A stretch of 64,000 nt of DNA from Saprospiraceae bacterium (GTDB lineage: Bacteria > Bacteroidota > Bacteroidia > Chitinophagales > Saprospiraceae): positions 4,553-68,552 of the forward strand of contig JALSKB010000052.1 in assembly GCA_026989035.1 (NCBI GenBank). Reading direction: 5' to 3'. This document shows positions 17,723 through 26,709 of the stretch, in pieces. Position numbers and translations under genes: made by a program. The notes under the pieces are model-generated. The model saw only the letters and a list, made by a program, of their open reading frames with translations, made no database searches and was not told where the DNA came from. How positions within the stretch are numbered: position 1 is the stretch's first letter; every line of letters begins with the position of its first letter.

Positions 17723-19075
17723 TTAGCTGCTTTGCTTAGGCGCTTTAAACGGCATTTGGAGTTTTTGGACAGGCTCTTTGCTGATGTAGTTTTTGGGCAA
17801 TTCGCGCAGCAATTGCCGCCGAAAGAGGTGGTAATCCACGGTAATGGTATGTCTTGGCGTTTGGATCTGTCGGTAATGAGGTTTTTTGAGCTCTTTTTCT
17901 ATACGCTTTTTGATGTCTGAAGGGCGTTTCCACTCCCCGCTGAGTTCTCGGGCTACAATTTTTGCTTGGAGTTCTGCTCCGGGCCAGATGCAACCCAAGG
18001 GTTGAAACAAACCGATAAAGTACAAGTCGGAATAATCGGGATGCATCATACGCAGGTAAAGAGGTACAGGGCCTTCGCTGTAAGAGATGAAAGATTCGTC
18101 AAAGAAAGGATGTGATATGCGGTAACCCGTACAGGCAAAAACCACATCGTATTCTTCCGTTCTTCCATCTTTGAAGTGGACGGTTCGCCCTTCAAAACGC
18201 TCAATGTCGGGCCGGGGATGGACTTTTCCATGGCGTATGCGATACAGAAGTTCATCGTTGATGGTGGGGTGGCTTTCGCCAAATTTGACATTGACTTTGG
18301 GCAAGCCGTAGCGCTCATTGGGGCCGTTGAGCAGTCGGATGATGAGTTCGCTAAGTCGCGATCGAATGGAAATGGGCAACCAAGCCAGTTTTTCAGCGAC
18401 CACATCGGAGGGTATGCCCATGATGAATTTAGGCAACACCAAATACCCCCTTCTCCAACTTATGGCCGTAAAGGCACTGATTCTGCTGGTTTCCACGGCT
18501 ATGTCGCAAGCCGAGTTGCCTCCGCCAATGACTAAGATGCGCTTACCGGCGAAGGGCGCTGCGCGTTTGTAGTCGTGTGCATGCAAAAAAGTTCCGCTAA
18601 ACTCTCCGGGATAATCCGGCCAACGAGGGTCCCAATGATGTCCGTTGCAAACGACGAGGTGTGTAAAATGCTCTGTTCGCACTTGGTCGTTTTGTCGAAG
18701 CTCGATTTCCCATTGGTTTTCACCCTTTCGAGAGCAATGTAATACCTCTGTATTGAACTGAATGTGTTGGTACAAGTCGAAATGGCGGGCATAAGCCTGA
18801 AAATAGCGGCGTAGTTGGTCGTGTGAGGGGTAGTCCGGGATATTGGGTTCAAAATCGTCAAAGGGGAAGTCGTCGTACTGAGAGAGCGTTTTGGAGCTGA
18901 TGATGTGCGTGGTTTCAAAAACGCTGGAATGTCCGGTTTTGTCGGAAAAAATCCAGTTGCCACCGACCTCTGCTTGCCTGTCGTACGCCACGACCTCTAA
19001 ACCTTTGTCTAGGAGGTTTTTTAAAGCCGTAATGCCGGCCGGCCCGGCTCCAATAACACAAATTCGTTTTTTCAT
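17723..19075 (-). CDS. Flavin-containing monooxygenase (FMO-type NAD(P)/FAD oxidoreductase)
   Basis: GAGPAG dinucleotide motif at the N-terminus, the FMO-identifying motif FSGTFLHAHDY, and a second GGGNSACD motif. Confidence 0.8.
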   Translation of the reverse strand: MKKRICVIGAGPAGITALKNLLDKGLEVVAYDRQAEVGGNWIFSDKTGHSSVFETTHIISSKTLSQYDDFPFDDFEPNIPDYPSHDQLRRYFQAYARHFDLYQHIQFNTEVLHCSRKGENQWEIELRQNDQVRTEHFTHLVVCNGHHWDPRWPDYPGEFSGTFLHAHDYKRAAPFAGKRILVIGGGNSACDIAVETSRISAFTAISWRRGYLVLPKFIMGIPSDVVAEKLAWLPISIRSRLSELIIRLLNGPNERYGLPKVNVKFGESHPTINDELLYRIRHGKVHPRPDIERFEGRTVHFKDGRTEEYDVVFACTGYRISHPFFDESFISYSEGPVPLYLRMMHPDYSDLYFIGLFQPLGCIWPGAELQAKIVARELSGEWKRPSDIKKRIEKELKKPHYRQIQTPRHTITVDYHLFRRQLLRELPKNYISKEPVQKLQMPFKAPKQSS

Positions 19076-19323
19076 TTTCTGCACAACTTATGTAGTTAGA
19101 ACAAGTTACCAGCCTGCCAGAATGTTTGGGATGGCTTGTAGTCGATTCATTCTGTTGGAGCCTCTCAAGCCCACTTCGGCTTGGAGAAATGAGGTGTAAA
19201 AATAGGTATATAATCGTGACGGGAATGGTTCGGGTATAACAAACCGGAATGATTTGATTTCAGGTAGTTTTGAGCTTGTGCTCCTTGAGGGAAGAAAACC
19301 GTATCCGTTTAATACAGGTCGGC

Positions 19324-20508
19324 TTACATCAATTGAACGCTGTGCAAGAGGTGTTCCACTTCTCGCATATAGCGGCGCTTGTTTTCTCCGGGGGCAAAAA
19401 CAAAACCGTCGACCAGGATGAGTTCGTTGGTTTTGGGGTTGAGCAAGAGATAGGAGATGAAAGGCCCCCCCATAAAATCATGGTCTATTTCCCAGATACC
19501 TCGTGCCTCTATGGCGTAGATCCCGTTGAGCTGGAGTTGTCGGGTGAACATGGGAAGATCTCTGTCATTGATGATCATGTGGGTGTTGGGTACATGCGTG
19601 CTGATGTAACGGCCGGCAGCATTTCGAGTTTCCTTGAAGCCTTCGTAAGATAGTTGTTTCTTGTCTTCGTATGGAACTTTATACAAGAGAATGCCCGTAG
19701 TAACTTCTTGGCGGGAGTCATCTCGCAGCCAGAGAAAGTTTTGATCTTCCAAAGCCACTTTGTATTTGGCAGGAATTTTTAGTCGAATGCCGAACTGGCC
19801 CTCTATTTTTTTTTCGATACCTCGGGCTCGCCCGCCGAAATAGACGGAAGCAGCCACTTTTTCTTTTTGAAAAGCTTTGAGCTTTTGGTCTATGCCGGGG
19901 AAGTCTTTTACAATGGCTTTTTTAAGTTCTTCGGGGTTTTTGCCGATCATATAGATGAGCATTTGGCCTTCCGCCCATTTGTCGTAGCCAAAAACCGTGA
20001 GATGTCCTTTGGTTTCTGCTTCTGTTATTTTGCCTTTCGGCAAATCTTGTAGGGCCATTTGGGTCAGGGGAGATTTGTTGTTGCTGAGGTTAATCAGCAA
20101 GACATAGATGCGGAGTTCTCTGCGCAGAGGGGTTTCCAGCAATTCTTCGGGGCTAAAATACAGCAGGTCGTAGCGTGGTTCGGGATGGGGTAAGATGGGA
20201 TAGGCGGAGGTGAAATAATACTCAAAAGTATCTTGAAGATCGCTGTTCCAGAGAATGGGGTCGGCAACGACAGCGATTTGGTCCAATTCGCTGTGTGCAT
20301 AGGGTTTGAGGCTGGCGTTGGAATGGACCTCCGATGAGCAAGCGTGGAAGAGGAAAATACTTGTGGTGAAGAACAGGAGATAAAGCCAGTTGGAGAGATA
20401 GGCGCGTAGGGGTATGGTTCTTTTTGTGGACTTTTCGAACAAGGATTGGGAGCGTTTATCCGTGTGCTTGTAAAGCGTATAAGACACTGGCGGCCGATTT
20501 GCTTTCAT
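19324..20508 (-). CDS. DUF4837-like lipoprotein
   Basis: Hydrophobic segment ending in a lipobox (FHACSS). The segment QIAVVADPILWNSDLQDTFEYYF...LPHPEPRYDL resembles DUF4837 as I recall it. Confidence 0.55.
   Translation of the reverse strand: MKANRPPVSYTLYKHTDKRSQSLFEKSTKRTIPLRAYLSNWLYLLFFTTSIFLFHACSSEVHSNASLKPYAHSELDQIAVVADPILWNSDLQDTFEYYFTSAYPILPHPEPRYDLLYFSPEELLETPLRRELRIYVLLINLSNNKSPLTQMALQDLPKGKITEAETKGHLTVFGYDKWAEGQMLIYMIGKNPEELKKAIVKDFPGIDQKLKAFQKEKVAASVYFGGRARGIEKKIEGQFGIRLKIPAKYKVALEDQNFLWLRDDSRQEVTTGILLYKVPYEDKKQLSYEGFKETRNAAGRYISTHVPNTHMIINDRDLPMFTRQLQLNGIYAIEARGIWEIDHDFMGGPFISYLLLNPKTNELILVDGFVFAPGENKRRYMREVEHLLHSVQLM
20032..20044 (+). repeat. GCCTTTCGGCAAA word copy
   Basis: Exact 13-mer (full 16-mer from 20029). 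In the minus-strand gene it reads L-P-K-G. Confidence 0.9.
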
Positions 20509-20659
20509 GAGTCAGGCATGTATTTCTTGCTAAGTAGTGGCATTTCCCTGCCTAAAAACAAAGGATTGGGCAGAGAAATGCCACAAGGTAGATGCAAAGA
20601 TAGCATCTGTTTGGCGTAAGCCCATTGAAAGTGGTTGGAAGACCGAGGCGTTCATTAGG

Positions 20660-21673
20660 TTACTTCCAGAAATAAACAATTCGGGTATGCCATTGGGAAG
20701 GGTCTGTCTGAACACCCGGGTCTGTGAGGTATTCTTCCAGAACCGGTGCTTTTTGAGACAAGTTGTGTTCCTTCATATAGGCGTCTATGGCGACATGTGC
20801 TTTTCCTATGTTTTCATAACTACCATAGTAATCAACGACCAAAGCTGAATCGCTTTCCAGGCTGATAGTGTCCAGGTTTTGGGGCCATTTTTCCGGTTTT
20901 TGCCGCAAGGGCAAGGCTGCAGCCATATCGGTGGTTTGGTTTGTCTCATCCCAAATGTAGTACAAAGCGGAGGGCGCACCGACAGGTGTAATGCCTTGTG
21001 AGCTCAGATATGCTCCGATTTGAGCATAAGCTTGTGAAAGAAATTCGGCAATTTTTTCTTGGGCCAGTCCGTCTTGGCGAATGGCCAGATAGTACTTGGG
21101 CATCCAAGGCTCTTTTTTCACGGTGTACTTTCCGATTTTTTCCGCTTCTTCCTCCAGGTAAGTTTTGAGGTTGTCCAAACCCTGATCAAAGTCTGCCCCG
21201 GCACTGTCCATGTTTTGAAAGAGGAGCATGGCGTTAAAGGGATAAGGCACCTTAAAGCGCAAGCCCCAGCTTACTTTGGTTTTATGAGGTTCAACTTCTT
21301 CAAAGCGCCAGTACCCTTCCCCCTTTCCCTGCCCTTCAAACTCGATTTCGGAAAGGATAGACTGCTTGGGTTCTACTTGTACAACGGTGTACTTTCCCGT
21401 ACCGGAATGCTCGCTAGTCCAGGAGTAGGACGCTCCCTCACCTTTGGTTCTCTCTCCGAGAACGACCTTCAAGGTACTGTCTCTTTGTTGCCAGGGAGAC
21501 CAATGCTTCCAGCTGCTCAAGTCGTTTACAGCAGCGAAAACTTTTTCGGCAGGTACCTCTATGATTCTCTCTCGAGAAATGTCCACTTCTCGGGGAGCAA
21601 ACCATCCCAAAACGAGAAAAATGATGAGCAAGGCCAAGAGAAAGAGCAAAGCAAATTTTAGTGCAGCATGCAT
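20660..21673 (-). CDS. SRPBCC (polyketide-cyclase-like) + GyrI-like ligand-binding two-domain membrane-anchored protein
   Basis: N-terminal TM helix, then an SRPBCC signature (VFAAVNDLSSWKHWSPW). The C-terminal half resembles GyrI/SOUL-type effector-binding domains. Confidence 0.6.
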   Translation of the reverse strand: MHAALKFALLFLLALLIIFLVLGWFAPREVDISRERIIEVPAEKVFAAVNDLSSWKHWSPWQQRDSTLKVVLGERTKGEGASYSWTSEHSGTGKYTVVQVEPKQSILSEIEFEGQGKGEGYWRFEEVEPHKTKVSWGLRFKVPYPFNAMLLFQNMDSAGADFDQGLDNLKTYLEEEAEKIGKYTVKKEPWMPKYYLAIRQDGLAQEKIAEFLSQAYAQIGAYLSSQGITPVGAPSALYYIWDETNQTTDMAAALPLRQKPEKWPQNLDTISLESDSALVVDYYGSYENIGKAHVAIDAYMKEHNLSQKAPVLEEYLTDPGVQTDPSQWHTRIVYFWK

Positions 21674-21988
21674 AATGAGATGTTTTAAAAGTGATTAATC
21701 GAGGCGAAGATACAACATTTTGTTTTATTTTTTTGCCTCTCCAAGCTCTTTTTGAGGAAGAAGCAGCCGCTTTTTCGAAGCCGACCGACCTTAAACAAAC
21801 TTTGCCTCCCTTTTAGGACAAAGGCTTATTACTAAATTCGCTTAAATTGTTTTTGCTTTCCATGACCATTTTAGTCCAATTGCAGTGTAATTCACTCAAG
21901 TTTCGGTAGTCAAAAGCAATTGATTCAGGTTAAAGATTTTCAATATTTAGTTGTCTTAAAAAATGGCTGAGCCTAATCTTTTAACATC

Positions 21989-22046
21989 TATACTCGTAGC
22001 GAAGTGGTTTGGGGGGGCGTCAGCTCCCCAGACCCCCTATCTCTGG
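21989..22046 (+). repeat. REP/MITE-like element, left half only
   Basis: TATACTCGTAGCGAAGTGGTTTGGGGGGGCGTCAGCTCCCCAGACCCCCTATCTCTGG aligns to the 5' half of the element family and then diverges. Confidence 0.7.
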
Positions 22047-22384
22047 CTAATGAACAGATTTGTACTTGAGAAATTTTGCAAGTGACATAGCCGGGTGATA
22101 GCCTTTTTGCAATGCCTTGATCTCGGATAGCTAACCACACCTTTGAGTTAGCACAAATTCTGAAAATTTCTCAAGAAAGTGTTGGATTTGCTAAAAAAAA
22201 GCAAAATAACCAGAGGTTATTTATGGATTGTTCGTATATTGTGCAGTGGGGCGGGAGTTTTTTTGCTTGTTGATTAGCTGCAATGTCCTGAATTTCAGGC
22301 GTTTACAGCCCAAACAACCCCCTCTTTTTTCTCTTTTTTCATCCCCTGAAATTTGAGTGATTTATTTGGAAAAAATTAAAAAGC

Positions 22385-24001
22385 ATGAGAAAGAAGATCT
22401 TTTACTACCTGTTTTACTTTGTTTTTGCTGCTTTGATTGTGCAATCGTGTACTCCTCAGTATTTTCGCTCGAATTACCACGATGCCAATGAGCTTTTGCA
22501 GGAAACAGCCGGTTTAAAAGAAAAGCCTTACTTAAAAGCTCATCTCCGGGATGGTGATTTATACGTTTTGTGGGATTCCTGGCAGCTTGATACGACGCAA
22601 GGTTTGCTCCTTGGTGAGGGAGATCAGTATAATGTCTATCGGAAAAAAGTTTATCAAGGCAAGGTGACTATCCCTCTGGATAGTGTTGTGATTTTTGAAA
22701 CCAACACACCTCTGAAAGACATCCATAATGAAGAGGTTACAATTTCTACCCTTATCTTTGCTTTGAATGTTGTTGGAGCAATAGCTTGCCTGGTGAACCC
22801 CAAAGCTTGTTTTGGTTCCTGCCCAACTTTTTACACCAATGAGTCGGATAATGTCCATTACGCATCTGCCGAGGGTTTTTCAAATGCCATTTCACCTTCC
22901 ATGGAAGATTCGGATATTGATGCATTAGGTAGGTGGGAAATAGCAGATAGTATTTTTTCCATAAAAATGAAAAATGAAGCATTGGAAACGCACTATGTGA
23001 AAAACGTTCACCTACGGGCATGCCCTCTGAAAGATCAAGAACGGGTTTATCAATCACCATCTGATAAGTTTTATCTGTGTGAAAGCATTTATTTGCCAAG
23101 TTTGGCAGAGGCAGCAGAAGGAGACATTACATCCCTTTTAAAAGCCGAAGACAAACAAGAGCGATTTAGCCTGGCTGATGAAAAGAACTTGAGCAGTAAG
23201 GAAGAGATTTTTCTCACTTTTGAAGGTGTTGAAGATGCTAAAAATTTGGGCCTCGTACTTAGCTTTCGCCAAATGCTGATGACTACCTATTTCATTTACA
23301 GCGCATTAGATTACATGGGGGATGAAGCCGGCTACATTTTTGCTGAAATAGAACGAGGTAGCGATCTCAAAGACAAATTGAAAAGTGGCCTTAAAGCCGA
23401 GCTGGGAGATATAGATGTTTATTTTTGGAGTGAGAAAAAAACGGAATGGGTGTTTCAAGGAAGTTTTTATGAAACCGGCCCTATTGCCATCAACCAACAG
23501 TTTATTCCTTTGTGTTCAATTGATTCTCATCATTTTGACAAACAGCTTAAACTCAAACTCGTTTTAAACAAGGGGTTGTGGCGCATTGATTATCTCGCCT
23601 TAACCAGACTTAAAGCAGAAGTCATTCCACAAGAAATCCCTGTGCAACGAGTAGTCCGCCAGGGAAGTTTTGATGAGGAAGCCTTGAAACGTCTCAGGAA
23701 TTCAAATCAATACTTAGTCACTATGCCGGGTGACGAATACGAATTTCACTTTGCTCTGCCAGAAAAAAATGGAAACAGGACTTACGAATTGTTCTTGTAT
23801 TCAAAGGGCTACTACTTAGAGTGGATGCGTGATGAGTGGGTTCAAGACAAAGACCTCCGAAAGTTAAAACAGATGATAGACAAACCTAAAAAATACCTGA
23901 AGTCCGAAGCTAAGGCTTATAAGCTTTATGAGCAAGAAATGGAAGATGTCTTTTGGGGTTCAAGGATTAAAACCAAAAATTTCTCGTATGAAAACTTCTA
24001 A
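22385..24001 (+). CDS. Hypothetical lipoprotein (538 aa)
   Basis: Long ORF with a signal peptide and lipobox (LIVQSC). No domain I recognise. An internal Cys cluster is present (CLVNPKACFGSCP). Confidence 0.7.
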   Translation: MRKKIFYYLFYFVFAALIVQSCTPQYFRSNYHDANELLQETAGLKEKPYLKAHLRDGDLYVLWDSWQLDTTQGLLLGEGDQYNVYRKKVYQGKVTIPLDSVVIFETNTPLKDIHNEEVTISTLIFALNVVGAIACLVNPKACFGSCPTFYTNESDNVHYASAEGFSNAISPSMEDSDIDALGRWEIADSIFSIKMKNEALETHYVKNVHLRACPLKDQERVYQSPSDKFYLCESIYLPSLAEAAEGDITSLLKAEDKQERFSLADEKNLSSKEEIFLTFEGVEDAKNLGLVLSFRQMLMTTYFIYSALDYMGDEAGYIFAEIERGSDLKDKLKSGLKAELGDIDVYFWSEKKTEWVFQGSFYETGPIAINQQFIPLCSIDSHHFDKQLKLKLVLNKGLWRIDYLALTRLKAEVIPQEIPVQRVVRQGSFDEEALKRLRNSNQYLVTMPGDEYEFHFALPEKNGNRTYELFLYSKGYYLEWMRDEWVQDKDLRKLKQMIDKPKKYLKSEAKAYKLYEQEMEDVFWGSRIKTKNFSYENF

Positions 24002-24506
24002 ATTTACAGCATTACTCGCTTTCTGTTTTGCTTTACTCACCGCGTGTTCTGCGCCCGAGTTTCTGCCTGTAGCAGAAGAAATCGGGGAAAATCCCTACGG
24101 GTCGTATATTGATATCCAATTATTGGATAAGTCGGAAATTGAAGGCGAGTTAATAGCCGTTGAAGAGGAGCAAATTTGGGTTTGGGCAGAGTACAAAGAA
24201 GTGAACCTTGTAAAAAAGCTAAAGGCCGTAGCGAAGAAAGACATTAAATCTTTCCGCGTAAAATACCTGAATCCCCAGCCTTATACCAAATTTCTTGTTG
24301 GGTCTCTGCTGTTAACACCTCTTCACGGTTATTGGTTGATTTACAGCTTTCCCTTAGATACAATTGCTGGAATTTTGGTGAGCCTGGAAGGCACAGGTGA
24401 TTACATGTACAGAGACAATCAAATAAGCTACAGGCAGTTGAAAATGTTTGCCAGATACCCCCAGGGCCTTCCGCCAAACTTGGATTTAGAAGCGCAGAGT
24501 AAATGA
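23988..24506 (+). CDS. Hypothetical lipoprotein (172 aa) with a C-terminal hydrophobic region
   Basis: ATG 23988 gives MKTSKFTALLAFCFALLTAC (lipobox). It overlaps the upstream gene's end by 14 nt, suggesting translational coupling. Confidence 0.6.
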   Translation: MKTSKFTALLAFCFALLTACSAPEFLPVAEEIGENPYGSYIDIQLLDKSEIEGELIAVEEEQIWVWAEYKEVNLVKKLKAVAKKDIKSFRVKYLNPQPYTKFLVGSLLLTPLHGYWLIYSFPLDTIAGILVSLEGTGDYMYRDNQISYRQLKMFARYPQGLPPNLDLEAQSK

Positions 24507-24568
24507 ATGCATGGAGGAATAGCCGGTGGCTCTCAACAAAAGTTCATTCCCCCTGTGTCTTGCAGGTC

Positions 24569-24671
24569 TATACTCATGTAAAGTGGTTTGTGAGGCGTTA
24601 GCCTCTCCAACTCCCTATCTCTGGTTTGCTTGCGAGTCGTAAATGTCCCAAACCATTTCGGTTTGGGAATA
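24569..24671 (+). repeat. REP/MITE-like element, full length
   Basis: TATACTCATGTAAAGTGGTTTGTGAGGCGTTAGCC...TGCGAGTCGTAAATGTCCCAAACCATTTCGGTTTGGGAATA. Confidence 0.85.
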
Positions 24672-24815
24672 AAAGGTGTTTTGTGCGGGCCTAATTCTAT
24701 AGGCAGCAGCTGCCGAATCGGTAAAAATAGCGTAAACCATTTTTCCCTGAACAAACTTGGGTTTTGTCAAGGTCTAAGCTGTTGACGTAGGTGAGATTTT
24801 GCAATCGTTTTTTTT

Positions 24816-24823
24816 TATCTTTG
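24816..24823 (+). promoter_or_regulatory. Bacteroidota-type -7 promoter box
   Basis: TATCTTTG, with a TTTG at 24798-24801 as a possible -33 element. It would give a ~215-nt leader before the ATG at 25045. Confidence 0.35.
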
Positions 24824-25044
24824 TAGCTCAAGCACTCTTTTGCGTGCGAGGAGAAGACCTTATCTTAGTATAGATAGGCTTGCCTTAATCTGCCCCTTCA
24901 GACATCTACATACAAGTGTTTTTATCCCTCTTAAGCAGGTTGCTTGGAGGTAAAGACGACACGTGTTCCGGCTTAGTTTGAATAAGCTAAAAGCTAGCAC
25001 ATTAACACTGTTCAAGTCTTTTTTTTTGATATTAAAGTTTTGTC

Positions 25045-25797
25045 ATGAAAAACTTGCTGTTTTTTCTCGTTTCAAATCTTTTCGTTGCAGCTACCCTTTG
25101 GGCTCAGCCTACGGTGTACATCAGCCCAGCCACCTTATCTGCCGAGGCCGGAGAAATTACATGCGTAGATGTATAGGTTCTTGATTTTGTAGAACTTCAA
25201 GAGATAAATTTCTCCATTTTATGGGATTCTGAGGTTCTTACCAATTTTTCTGTTGCCAATTTGGACAGCCTACCCGGCACAACTACGCTGAACCTTGATG
25301 AAGAGGCGGGCGAGTTGTCCTTTTCCTGGAAAATAGATCCTTCCTCAGCCTGCCCGCCTTCAGATGAATGGCTTACCTTGCCGGATCAAAACGCACTTTT
25401 TTCTTTGTGTTTTGAAGGGGTGATGGGCTCAACAACGCTGGAAGTGCAAGCCGGTTATGTAACTCGAGTTAACGCTTGCCCGATAAACATTTCGATGTTT
25501 ACCGGCGATGCTGTGGTCGATATTACAACCCTTGTAGAAGGCCCTATGCGCTATACCTATGCAACACTTCAGGTTTATCCGACGCTAGCAAACCAAAAGG
25601 TCTTTTTTCACCTTCCGGAAAGTTTGGAGTCGTGTCGCATAGTGATCGTGCATGCACAAGGGCAGCAAATTGGTGAAATGGAAATTGCTGACGGAGCCGC
25701 GCTGGAACTCCCCTATCCGGGTGCGTATTTTATTGCTTTTTTTACAGCGGATGGTCGTCTGATCAAAACAATCCCAATTTGGTGTTTGCCTGAATGA
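25045..25797 (+). pseudogene. T9SS-secreted cohesin-like small protein interrupted by an in-frame TAG (25174-25176)
   Basis: ATG 25045 encodes a signal peptide (MKNLLFFLVSNLFVAATLWAQ) in the same frame as ORF 25261..25797. A single TAG separates them. The C-terminus (VYPTLANQKVFFHL...IVHAQGQQIG...) looks like a T9SS C-terminal sorting domain. Confidence 0.65.
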
Positions 25798-25850
25798 GCT
25801 TACCTTTTTGATCTTCCCGGAAAAAGCTCTATCTAAACCCAAAGGGTGAA

Positions 25851-25874
25851 TGTGGGATGCTGATGCATCCCACA
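25851..25874 (+). terminator. Hairpin terminator candidate
   Basis: TGTGGGATGC-TGAT-GCATCCCACA (10-bp stem) lies 54 nt after the stop at 25797 and is followed by AGTTGTTTTGG. Confidence 0.4.
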
Positions 25875-25937
25875 AGTTGTTTTGGCAGGAGTCAGCCTCC
25901 CAAATCACTATCCTTTTGCTCGTTTGCGAGTTGTAAA
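25874..25937 (+). repeat. REP/MITE-like element, truncated copy (lacks both termini)
   Basis: AAGTTGTTTTGGCAGGAGTCAGCCTCCCAAATCACTATCCTTTTGCTCGTTTGCGAGTTGTAAATA abuts the next full copy directly. Confidence 0.7.
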
Positions 25938-26040
25938 TATACTCATGGCGAAGTGGTTTGGGGGGCGTTAGCTCCCCAAACTCCCTATTTTTACTCGTTT
26001 GCGAGTCGTAAATATCCCAAACCATTTCGGTTTGGGTATA
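25938..26040 (+). repeat. REP/MITE-like element, full length
   Basis: TATACTCATGGCGAAGTGGTTTGGGGGGCGTTAGCTCCCCAAACTCCC...GCGAGTCGTAAATATCCCAAACCATTTCGGTTTGGGTATA. Confidence 0.9.
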
Positions 26041-26113
26041 TTTCGGCAAATTGAAAACCCCATGATGAGCGTTTAAAGCTTCCTCATTTCCTGTCGTTAT
26101 CCTTAAAAACGCT

Positions 26114-26121
26114 TATATTTG
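26114..26121 (+). promoter_or_regulatory. Bacteroidota-type -7 promoter box for the 3TM/pYEATS-like operon
   Basis: TATATTTG lies 35 nt upstream of ATG 26156. It overlaps the GTG (26123) used in the ORF track. Confidence 0.45.
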
Positions 26122-26155
26122 TGTGTATATAGAAAAGTCCAAATCCCCACACCTT

Positions 26156-26704
26156 ATGAATGCAGACACCTTTTTCGGTTTCTTTGAGCAACACAGCATG
26201 GGCGTACTTCTTTTTCTGGTCGTGCTCTTTTGCGTGGTATTGATGATTGCTTGGCTTGCCCGCATTTTCGGAATAGGCCAGTACAGCAGGCGCTACTCTT
26301 CCAGTTTGGGTACCAGAGAACGCCTGGGTTTTGTCATTGCCCGATTTTTTGCCAACATCATAGACGATTTCCGCCACTTTTTGGCCTTGATGCTGGTCGT
26401 GATTTTCACCGTACTCATCATTTACTCTATGGCTGCAGCAGGGAGCTTTGAAGAGAAAATGAAAGCTTTGCAACTTGTTATTGCTTCTATAGGTACCTTG
26501 CTGGGATCCATCATTGGCTATTACTTTGGAGAATCGGCTGCCAATAAAATCAACAACAGCCAGGCAAGTGTGGAAAACAATCAGGATAACATACCTGTTG
26601 AGCAGGAAGTGTTTCAACCCGAAATAAAAGGTTATGAGGCAAGTACAGAGGAAGCCATCCGCCCCGTAACACCTCCAGATCACCTCATTCCCAAAGAAGA
26701 TTAA
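26156..26704 (+). CDS. Three-TM membrane protein with an acidic/polar tail (YLATT-like partner of the pYEATS-like gene)
   Basis: Three clean hydrophobic helices (GVLLFLVVLFCVVLMIAWLARIF; HFLALMLVVIFTVLIIYSMAAA; LQLVIASIGTLLGSIIGYYFG), then a low-complexity tail. The stop is 5 nt before the next ATG. Confidence 0.65.
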   Translation: MNADTFFGFFEQHSMGVLLFLVVLFCVVLMIAWLARIFGIGQYSRRYSSSLGTRERLGFVIARFFANIIDDFRHFLALMLVVIFTVLIIYSMAAAGSFEEKMKALQLVIASIGTLLGSIIGYYFGESAANKINNSQASVENNQDNIPVEQEVFQPEIKGYEASTEEAIRPVTPPDHLIPKED

Positions 26705-26709
26705 ACGAC

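Noticed and set aside
24533-24754. Short ORFs with similar peptides (..PKPKRFGIFTARK.., ..PPKPLRHEY..) at 24533..24754, 25585..26049, 25857..26054, 40945..41136, 44593..44787 and 50138..50359.
   Set aside because: They are read-throughs of the REP/MITE-like DNA repeat. The peptide similarity is a by-product of nucleotide repetition. Frames and lengths are inconsistent between copies.
26084-26683. 199-aa minus-strand ORF antisense to the three-TM gene.
   Set aside because: The plus-strand ORF has a -7 promoter box, three clean TM helices and tight coupling to the next gene. The minus-strand translation is His/Gln/Lys-rich with no coherent features.
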